This document shows positions 38,413 to 45,333 of a stretch of DNA of 45,333 nt, piece after piece. The position numbers and the translations under genes were made by a program. The DNA is from Candidatus Heimdallarchaeota archaeon (lineage in GTDB: Archaea > Asgardarchaeota > Heimdallarchaeia > Heimdallarchaeales > Heimdallarchaeaceae). The number at the start of each line of letters is the position of its first letter. Within the stretch, counting starts at the first letter, position 1. The stretch is from NCBI GenBank assembly GCA_018238545.1, contig JABCTC010000028.1:1-45333 (forward strand), written 5' to 3'. The notes under the pieces are model-generated. The model was given only the letters and a program-made list of their open reading frames with translations, did not search any database and was not told the DNA's origin.

Positions 38413-39561
38413 TCATAATTTTCTTCTTCTTCTTTTAATTACTATTGTGATGATAGCTAAGATTGGAAGAATCGTTAAAAACTGGTAACTACTATTAAAA
38501 GGATGAAGAAGTATAGATGGGTCTAATACTGCTTGAACTGCTCTGAAAACATTCAACAAACCATACCCAGTTTGAACATCATGCCCTGGATCACCTAAAT
38601 CTTTAGCTGATCTATGTAAAATATCACGAATCTCAGCAATTGATAATGAATCATTCAGAGATTTCATCAAAGCTATAGTTGCAGCTACCTGAGGTGCGGC
38701 AAATGAGGTTCCCCATCCAAGCCCATATCCATCAGGAGGGACAGTACTTATGATATTAGTTTCATCTGAATCTCCAACAGGAGCAACAAGTTCAATTTCT
38801 TCTCCTGAGTTACTATAATCTGCTTTTTCATTATGCCGATTTGAAGCACCTACTGCAATTACTATGTCACTTCTAGCAGGATAAGCTACTGAAGAAAAAT
38901 CATTGTTTCCAGTAACAGCTACGACTGGAATATTCAAGCTATTTGCATACGCTATTTCATCCATATATAATGACGAATTCGTTGAAGCAACTATACTCAA
39001 ATTGATAACATCTGCACCGTTTTCAGCTGCATATCTAATAGCAATACCAAATGTTTCAAAACTATATAGAAGGTTAGATATATCTAGAACACGGACATTC
39101 ATTATTGTAACATTAGGGGCAATGCCTACTACACCAAAATCATCTTTAGGTGCAGCAATAATTCCTGCAATAAAAGATGCATGCCAATTTACAGGATCTC
39201 CAGAGGTTGGTCCAGGAGTACTGTCATTTGAAACAAAATCCCAACCATAGACATCATCCACGTAACCATTTCCGTCATCATCTATTGAATTACCAGCTAT
39301 TTCTCCCGTGTTAATCCATTCAATATTATCATCAAGATCTGGATGAGAAAAGTCAACACCAGAATCAATTATAGCAACAACAATTTCCTTTCTTCCTTGA
39401 GTTATCTCCCAAGCATCCTCACTGTAAATTAAAGGATGATGCCAAGCATCTTCATTATCAGCGGCGTTAGAAAGACTAACAATACTCTCTTTTGAACTAA
39501 TACTCAATAACATCATTGAGGTAATAATAGCAATCGTAAGTGCAGTTTTATTGAGCTTCAT
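38413..39561 (-). CDS. Secreted, C-terminally anchored S8 subtilase (paralog 2)
   Basis: Signal peptide; IDSG, WHASFIAG, TGN, GTSFAAP; TM + KRRRRKL tail. Confidence 0.92.
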   Translation of the reverse strand: MKLNKTALTIAIITSMMLLSISSKESIVSLSNAADNEDAWHHPLIYSEDAWEITQGRKEIVVAIIDSGVDFSHPDLDDNIEWINTGEIAGNSIDDDGNGYVDDVYGWDFVSNDSTPGPTSGDPVNWHASFIAGIIAAPKDDFGVVGIAPNVTIMNVRVLDISNLLYSFETFGIAIRYAAENGADVINLSIVASTNSSLYMDEIAYANSLNIPVVAVTGNNDFSSVAYPARSDIVIAVGASNRHNEKADYSNSGEEIELVAPVGDSDETNIISTVPPDGYGLGWGTSFAAPQVAATIALMKSLNDSLSIAEIRDILHRSAKDLGDPGHDVQTGYGLLNVFRAVQAVLDPSILLHPFNSSYQFLTILPILAIITIVIKRRRRKL

Positions 39562-39585
39562 AAGAAAACTATTTGACTAAATATC

Positions 39586-39606
39586 ATAAGTGTTACTGAA
39601 AACAAA
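39586..39606 (-). promoter_or_regulatory. Promoter element shared by both subtilase genes
   Basis: + strand ATAAGTGTTACTGAAAACAAA beginning 25 nt from the start codon, the same spacing as 38309-38329. Confidence 0.65.
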
Positions 39607-39680
39607 CTAGATAAAAAAGCAATAATTGGAAAAAATTGAAAGAGAAATGATCAAATAATCATCCTACAATGTGTTGAAAC

Positions 39681-40430
39681 TCAATAGTAGAAATCGTCTT
39701 CATCACGTTCTATTATGTCCCCTTCTTTTAGTACTGGTTCTACTTGATAAACGATTTTTCCTTTCCAATAATATTCTCCTGTTCGATAAATGGGATTCTT
39801 CCTCAAATAAGCTAAAGTACTTCTTGGTATTTCGAATTTATTACTTATTTTTGACATTGTTTCATTGTCTTCAAACATTTGGAATATTTGGATTAACTTG
39901 GGTCGCATTTCTTCATCAATTTCGAGTTTTCCATCATTAATGGTGTATCCCAAAGGTGGTCTAGACATTATCTTATTTTCTTGGATTCTTCTTTTGATTC
40001 CATACATTCTTTTCAGTTTGTATTTCTTGAGTTCTTCTTCACCAAGCATGTCATATATCCTAGTGACTAGCATTTCATCTGATTCTTCAGTAGCTCTGAT
40101 TTCAACACCATTTGCTCTTAAAACAACTGAAGCGTAACCAAGCATATCTACATCTCTTGATATACGATCTCTTGTCTGAACCCATATTTCTTTTACAGTG
40201 TTTCCAGGATTACTCTTGTTAAACTCTTTAACGTAACTTAGAAGATTCTTAAAACCTGGTCTTTCTTCTATATGACTATCACCAGAAACATCTTCATCGA
40301 TGAAGGTTTCTAAAATGTGTCTATAACCCAATGATTGGATTTTCTTTTCTATTACATCAATCTGCGTATCTCTACCTGATGTTTGATCCGCAGTACTGAC
40401 TCTCACATAACAAACAACATTAACATGCAT
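39681..40430 (-). CDS. Serine recombinase (resolvase catalytic domain plus short recombinase DNA-binding domain)
   Basis: YVRVST catalytic Ser, DEDVSG, RPGF, RDRISRD, then PPLGY...IFQMF...NPIY.G; ATG 40430 with GGAGG upstream. Confidence 0.9.
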   Translation of the reverse strand: MHVNVVCYVRVSTADQTSGRDTQIDVIEKKIQSLGYRHILETFIDEDVSGDSHIEERPGFKNLLSYVKEFNKSNPGNTVKEIWVQTRDRISRDVDMLGYASVVLRANGVEIRATEESDEMLVTRIYDMLGEEELKKYKLKRMYGIKRRIQENKIMSRPPLGYTINDGKLEIDEEMRPKLIQIFQMFEDNETMSKISNKFEIPRSTLAYLRKNPIYRTGEYYWKGKIVYQVEPVLKEGDIIERDEDDFYY

Positions 40431-40516
40431 AGTTACCAGAAGGTCCCTCCTTTTTATAACATAGTGTAATATGTGCAAAATACAGAGGGTTTAGCGACGT
40501 TTGAAGCATAACTCTA

Positions 40517-40942
40517 TTACTTGATATTTGTTGATTTTTCTGTTGCTTCCTTTGGATTTTCTTTCATTTTACTTTTAGTTAATTTTGATATTTGTACACC
40601 TAGATCAATAATTGCAAAAGGTGTATATAGCATTGCTAATATAATCATAAATATATTATCTGTGAATCCAAATCCTGCCAACGATCTACTATAAGCTGTA
40701 CTTGAACTTACAGGATCTAGTTTATCTGTAGTATACTTTGGAGGTTCTACTGATTTAATCCTAGAATAATTTAACCTTTTTATCGAGAAACCGAGCATTG
40801 GAATAAAAGAGAGACCGGCCCACCAATAATAATTTTTATTGTGAAAGTGTGAAGCAAGAATAATCATAAGAGTGAAAATCAATGTAAAAAAGAGGATGAT
40901 AGTATCAGCGCTTATTTTCTTCTGGATATTACTGTCATACAT
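40517..40942 (-). CDS. Hypothetical membrane protein (about 3 TM)
   Basis: Hydrophobic segments, ATG start, TTATATA about 30 nt upstream. Confidence 0.7.
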   Translation of the reverse strand: MYDSNIQKKISADTIILFFTLIFTLMIILASHFHNKNYYWWAGLSFIPMLGFSIKRLNYSRIKSVEPPKYTTDKLDPVSSSTAYSRSLAGFGFTDNIFMIILAMLYTPFAIIDLGVQISKLTKSKMKENPKEATEKSTNIK

Positions 40943-41034
40943 CTCTATCTAATAGTAGAAGGTTCTGTAATATATAATTATACCGTTTTCAGAAAAACTT
41001 CATATATTCTTATACTAATTTGAACTAGAACAAA

Positions 41035-41325
41035 ATGAAAAGTAAAACCCCTCTCTCAAATAAGAGAAAAACAACAAGATGGGTATTAGTAGCTTTTATG
41101 GGAATAATAACGATTCTTGAAACAATGCTTGCGATAATTCTTACATCTGCAGAAGGATTTGGTGCTATAGGTGCGGGCATATTACTGCTTTTTTCAATTC
41201 CAATCACTGCAATTCTTCTCATTATACTTCTCATTATTTGGCTCCTGTTAGGGAGAATAAGAGTGAAAGATAAACAAATAATCGATGAACAAGTAACTGA
41301 TGTAAAAAAACTTGATACAACATAG
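41035..41325 (+). CDS. Hypothetical small membrane protein (2 TM)
   Basis: Basic N-terminus and two long hydrophobic helices; 38 nt upstream of larE. Confidence 0.7.
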   Translation: MKSKTPLSNKRKTTRWVLVAFMGIITILETMLAIILTSAEGFGAIGAGILLLFSIPITAILLIILLIIWLLLGRIRVKDKQIIDEQVTDVKKLDTT

Positions 41326-41363
41326 AAGATAAAAATACATCAGAGTTAGATTATCTGAAAAAC

Positions 41364-42185
41364 ATGGTTAATGAGATTATTACTAAACTTCAAGAGTATT
41401 TTCAAGATAAGAAAATTGTTGTAGCATTTTCAGGTGGATTAGATAGTACAGTTTTATTAGAAGTGGCTAGGAAGGTTTCTCAAAGCGTTTTGCCAGTTAT
41501 TGTTAAATCATCTTTAGTTCCTGCAAAGGATATCAAATATGCTGTTGATTATCTTACTAGCAAAAAAATAAAGTATAAAATAGTCAGTGTAAATCCATTA
41601 GATCATCCAGAAGTTGCTGAAAATAATCCGAGAAGATGTTATTATTGTAAAACACTTATTTTTCAATCTATACTAAAAGAAATCAAGAAACTAGATTATG
41701 ATTTTATTGTAGAAGGATCAAACATTACAGATTTAACTGATTACCGTCCTGGCTTGAAAGCTGTCAGCGAGTTAGGAATAAAAAGCCCATATTTAGATAT
41801 GGGAATCACAAAGGAGTTAATTAAACAGATAGCATCAAAGATGAAACTTGAAGTTGTTAAAAAACCTGCAACCACTTGTTTAGCAACAAGAATACCTTAT
41901 GGTCAACAAATCACAAAAACAAAATTAGATGCTGTAGAAAAAGCTGAAAATATCATCCAATCCATTTTTGGTGTTTCAACATTAAGATTAAGAGCTCATG
42001 ATGATATAGCAAGAATAGAAGTCCCTGTTTCAATAATGAATAAGTTCCTAGATAATGAAAAAAGAGAGAGATTGGTAAAGGAACTTAAAGAAATAGGTTT
42101 TCATTATATTACTATAGACCTAGAAGGTTACAGACACGGGTCCATGAACATCCCCTTACCTAAAGAAGTGATAGAATATGAGTAA
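41364..42185 (+). CDS. larE: ATP-dependent sulfur transferase LarE (nickel-pincer nucleotide biosynthesis)
   Basis: PP-loop AFSGGLDS, RCYYCK, EGSN..D..DYRPG, PATTCLATRIPYG, RLRAH..IARIE, DLEGYRHGSMN. Confidence 0.95.
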   Translation: MVNEIITKLQEYFQDKKIVVAFSGGLDSTVLLEVARKVSQSVLPVIVKSSLVPAKDIKYAVDYLTSKKIKYKIVSVNPLDHPEVAENNPRRCYYCKTLIFQSILKEIKKLDYDFIVEGSNITDLTDYRPGLKAVSELGIKSPYLDMGITKELIKQIASKMKLEVVKKPATTCLATRIPYGQQITKTKLDAVEKAENIIQSIFGVSTLRLRAHDDIARIEVPVSIMNKFLDNEKRERLVKELKEIGFHYITIDLEGYRHGSMNIPLPKEVIEYE

Positions 42186-43413
42186 AGCTTTAATTATTGA
42201 TCCTCGAATTGCTGGTGGTTCAGGAGACATGTTTCTTTCCAGCATTTTAGATTTAACTGATGGAAAAAAGGTTCTCCTTGATCTTGTTGATATAATCAAC
42301 AAAATACTATCTACAAAGATGGCAGTAGAGATAAACAAAATATTGAAAAAAGGCATTAATTCCACTCATTTAACAATAAATATTGAAGAGGATTTAACCA
42401 GCCATCATGCATCAGATCTCATGTTGTCAATGCAAAAAGTATTAGATAAAATAGATTTGACTGATGAAGCAAAAGCTAAAGCTGAAAATATGTTAAATTT
42501 ACTATTCAAAGCAGAATCGAAAGTTCATGGTGAAGCTCTTGATAAGTTGCATTTACATGAAACAGCAAGCGTAGATACTATCTTGGACATAGTTGGTACA
42601 ATTGTTTTAATGGAGAAAAATGATCTGTTGAATATACCCATTCTAGGTCTTCCTGTAAATGTTGGTAGTGGTTTTGTAACTTTCTCTCATGGAAAAATGT
42701 CTGTTCCTCCACCAGCTGTACTTGAGGTTCTACAAGAATTAGATTATCCCTTCTTTAGCGATGAAGTGGATGGAGAGTTATTAACACCAACTGGAATTAT
42801 TCTTCTGGGTGGACTTGTAAATAAGCAAATCACTCAACTTCCTCCATTACGTGTGAGAAAAATAGGATATGGTGCTGGAAATAAGGATTTACCCTCACGG
42901 TCAAATGTCTTGCGTTTACTACTTGTAGATTTGGAAGATGAAAGCTCAAAACATTATCTCTCAATGCTAGAAACTCATCTAGATGATGTATCAGGTGAAA
43001 TACTAGGGGGAATAGTTAACAAACTTATGGTACAAGGAGCGTTGGATGTTTCTTATTATCCTTTAATCATGAAAAAAAATAGACCAGCGTGGTGTTTGAG
43101 AGTCATTTGTGATGAGGACAAAGCACCTATATTAGCAAAATTCATGATGAAAGAATTAGGAACTTTGGGAGTTAGAGAGGATAGATTCGGGCGATACGAA
43201 TTGGAAAGAAGGGTTGTAAAAAAGAAGATAAATTTCCAAGGAAAAAGCTTCGAATGTCGGTTCAAAGAAAGGATGCTAGATGGTGAGATAATAGGTGTTA
43301 AACCAGAATTTGAAGATAGTACAAGTATCGCCAGTGAGCTGAAAATACCTATTAATGAGTTAGAGATTATTTTGATAAACCAGTATTATGAAGGAGATAA
43401 AAAAAATGAATAG
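42178..43413 (+). CDS. larC: Nickel insertase LarC (single unsplit ORF)
   Basis: GSGDM, AESKVHG, HLHE...DTILDIVG, HGKMSVPPPA, GELLTPTG, GYGAG, ETHLDD, MKKNRP, TLGVR, KPEFED. Confidence 0.95.
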   Translation: MSKALIIDPRIAGGSGDMFLSSILDLTDGKKVLLDLVDIINKILSTKMAVEINKILKKGINSTHLTINIEEDLTSHHASDLMLSMQKVLDKIDLTDEAKAKAENMLNLLFKAESKVHGEALDKLHLHETASVDTILDIVGTIVLMEKNDLLNIPILGLPVNVGSGFVTFSHGKMSVPPPAVLEVLQELDYPFFSDEVDGELLTPTGIILLGGLVNKQITQLPPLRVRKIGYGAGNKDLPSRSNVLRLLLVDLEDESSKHYLSMLETHLDDVSGEILGGIVNKLMVQGALDVSYYPLIMKKNRPAWCLRVICDEDKAPILAKFMMKELGTLGVREDRFGRYELERRVVKKKINFQGKSFECRFKERMLDGEIIGVKPEFEDSTSIASELKIPINELEIILINQYYEGDKKNE

Positions 43414-44212
43414 AAAAGAAGTTTTGGAAGACTTAGTTTCTGGAAAAATTTCAATAGAGGAAGCTGAACAACTCCTTTCTACAAATCATATTGAAGCTAT
43501 TGAGGAATTTGCTAAATATGATCTTTTCAGAGAATCTAGAACAGGCATTCCAGAAGTGGTATATTCAGAAACAAAGTCTCCAGAAATAGTACTTGAAATT
43601 ACCAAGAAAGTTCTTGAGAAGAAGGAGATAGTTTTACTATCTAGACTTACACCTAAACACATTCCTTTGATCGATAAACTCAGTAATGATTTTACTTTAG
43701 AATACGGAACAGATAAACGGTTCTGTATTGTTAAAAAGAAAGGCTACATCTTGAATAAAGACAAGGGAAAAGTAGGAATAATAACTGCTGGAACATCAGA
43801 TATACCTGTTGCAGAGGAAGCAAAAGCTATTGCAGAAATGATGCATTGTGAAGTTTTCATGATACATGATGTAGGAGTGGCAGGTATTCACAGATTATTT
43901 GAACCTCTAAATGAACTACTAAACAACGAGATAGATGTGTTAATCGTAGCAGCAGGTATGGAAGGAGCTTTGCCTACAGTTGTAGCTGGATTGGTAGATG
44001 TTCCTGTAATAGGTTTACCAATTTCTACGGGATACGGTTTTGGAGGAAAAGGAGAAACAGCTTTAATGAGCATGTTGCAAAGTTGTGCTTTGGGTTTAGC
44101 TGTAGTTAATATAGATGGTGGGATAAGTGCCGGTGCGATGGCTGCAAAAATTGCACGAATAGTTAATAAAAAACACGAATGTAATTGTAATGAAGGAGAG
44201 ATATCCAAATGA
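43406..44212 (+). CDS. larB: NaAD carboxylase/hydrolase LarB (PurE-like)
   Basis: RESRTGIPEVVY, TAGTSDIPVAEEA, DVGVAGIHRL, AAGMEGALPTVVAGL, STGYG, VVNIDGG; AAGGAG RBS before ATG 43406. Confidence 0.95.
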   Translation: MNRKEVLEDLVSGKISIEEAEQLLSTNHIEAIEEFAKYDLFRESRTGIPEVVYSETKSPEIVLEITKKVLEKKEIVLLSRLTPKHIPLIDKLSNDFTLEYGTDKRFCIVKKKGYILNKDKGKVGIITAGTSDIPVAEEAKAIAEMMHCEVFMIHDVGVAGIHRLFEPLNELLNNEIDVLIVAAGMEGALPTVVAGLVDVPVIGLPISTGYGFGGKGETALMSMLQSCALGLAVVNIDGGISAGAMAAKIARIVNKKHECNCNEGEISK

Positions 44213-44415
44213 AAGTAGTAATAACTGGAAGTTCAAAAGGTATAGGCTTAGCATTTGCTAAAGAATTTCTTAAACACGGAGATGAAGTAGTAATTTCATC
44301 AAGAACTAGCTCTGCTATTGATGCAGCAGTTAAAGATATGCCTAGTATGGATGATTGGGACGTCACGGAAGTGGCTACAATATGTATCGTAGGAATGGGA
44401 TATAAAAAGCTTTAA
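44209..44415 (+). pseudogene. Truncated short-chain dehydrogenase/reductase (N-terminal Rossmann portion only)
   Basis: VVITGSSKGIGLAFAKEF..HGDEVVISSR (TGxxxGIG); stops after 68 aa with no NNAG or YxxxK in any downstream + frame; ATGA overlap with the larB stop. Confidence 0.8.
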
Positions 44416-44434
44416 TTATTTAAATCGTGTTATC

Positions 44435-44588
44435 ATGGCATTAATAAATTGCCCTGATTGTGGCACAGAAGTATCTACCAAAGCTAACCAATGCCCTAAA
44501 TGTGCTCGGGTATTTAAAGAACCCGAAAAAGAGGGTTGTTTCAATAGTGATAGGTGTTTACTATTACACATTTAGGAAGAAGAATTAG
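44435..44588 (+). pseudogene. Zinc-ribbon protein remnant (CxxC-x10-CxxC) with an out-of-frame TM/basic tail
   Basis: MALINCPDCGTEVSTKANQCPKCARVF... stops at 44575; an overlapping frame reads VVSIVIGVYYYTFRKKN* ending at 44588; not in the ORF track. Confidence 0.6.
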
Positions 44589-44656
44589 AAGGTATTTAAT
44601 TATAATTCACTAAATGGAAAGTGATATTTGATTATATCATAGGTATCAACAACAAA

Positions 44657-44860
44657 TTATATTTTAATTTTCTTTTTTCTTGTTACAATAGTTTCAATTG
44701 TTTCTTTTATTATAGTTCTTTTAATAGTTTCTTTGGTTTCTTCCATAGTTGTAGTATTAACAACACTTTTCTTAGGTTTCTTTTTAATAACTGAAAATAT
44801 AAAACCTATTATTCCTAATAGTGAAGCGATAATTGATAATATGATAATAAAAACTTCCAT
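44657..44860 (-). CDS. Small single-TM protein
   Basis: N-terminal hydrophobic helix, KKKPKK stop-transfer, T/E/I-rich tail; TATA-like sequence upstream. Confidence 0.55.
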   Translation of the reverse strand: MEVFIIILSIIASLLGIIGFIFSVIKKKPKKSVVNTTTMEETKETIKRTIIKETIETIVTRKKKIKI

Positions 44861-44953
44861 CTTTAATTATATACTTCTAAAAAACACAATCTTTTCAAAG
44901 TACTATATCAATATAACAACAACATTAAATATTGTAGTCAATTCAATTATCAA

Positions 44954-44973
44954 TTAGATATAATTATATCTAA
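44954..44973. repeat. Perfect 20-bp palindrome
   Basis: TTAGATATAA|TTATATCTAA in the AT-rich non-coding end. Confidence 0.7.
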
Positions 44974-45333
44974 AATTTAATTTTTAAGTTGTGAAGTTTC
45001 GGGGGTTTCTTTGTTTGTGAAACGGCAAGGTACAAAATTATTTTCAAATACTTTAATTATTGTCAATAAATATAACGTAAAGTAATTAATCAATTTTTGA
45101 TAATATTTATATATTATTGATACTTAGTATTATATAATAATTTTATGTTGTTTATTATAGTAAGTCGAGTTAAGGCTAAAGCTGGAGGTAATTCCAAACA
45201 TAAATACAAACATAAGTATAACTAACTGAAACATTGTCTAATGGATATGGGACTTCTGGGATGACTGGTTCGATGTCATCATAAATTCGAACAACTTACC
45301 CTTATTTGACATGGGGGATCACTTAAAATAATA

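Noticed and set aside
39681-40430. IS607-family transposon
   Set aside because: No N-terminal MerR-like HTH and no adjacent tnpB; the domain order is catalytic domain first
42178-43413. Programmed frameshift in larC
   Set aside because: The ORF is continuous through both the LarC1 and LarC2 regions
44209-44600. Frameshifted but complete SDR
   Set aside because: The other + frames hit stops quickly and no NNAG or YxxxK motif appears downstream
44860-45333. Replication origin or CRISPR leader/array
   Set aside because: AT-rich with a G-run (45001-45005), but no repeated ORB boxes, no cdc6/orc1 in the window and no regularly spaced repeats

Overview
Gene-dense, AT-rich prokaryotic window that reads as archaeal. 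Many genes have TATA/BRE elements about 24-32 nt upstream of the start codon, others have GGTGA/GGAG ribosome-binding sites, exported domains are rich in N-x-S/T sequons, and surface proteins end in TM+basic tails. An Asgard (Heimdallarchaeia-like) origin is my inference from gene style and is not proven. The main theme is peptide and amino-acid scavenging: two tandem membrane-anchored subtilases, an Opp/Dpp ABC importer, cytoplasmic peptidases (two S9, a Pab87/CubicO-like S12, DmpA), an amidase, two PLP aminotransferases, (methyl)malonate-semialdehyde dehydrogenase and a 2-oxoacid:ferredoxin oxidoreductase. A TPR + winged-helix regulator lies between oppF and mmsA. Also present are a bacterial-type PlsY with altered motif residues next to two other acyl/acetyltransferases, MMPL, DASS and AEC transporters, a short solitary serine recombinase, and larE-larC-larB (nickel-pincer cofactor synthesis, no larA in the window). 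The lar genes are followed by a truncated SDR and a decayed, very AT-rich right end. I found no rRNA, tRNA or CRISPR array. All family calls come from motif recognition by eye; no searches were run.
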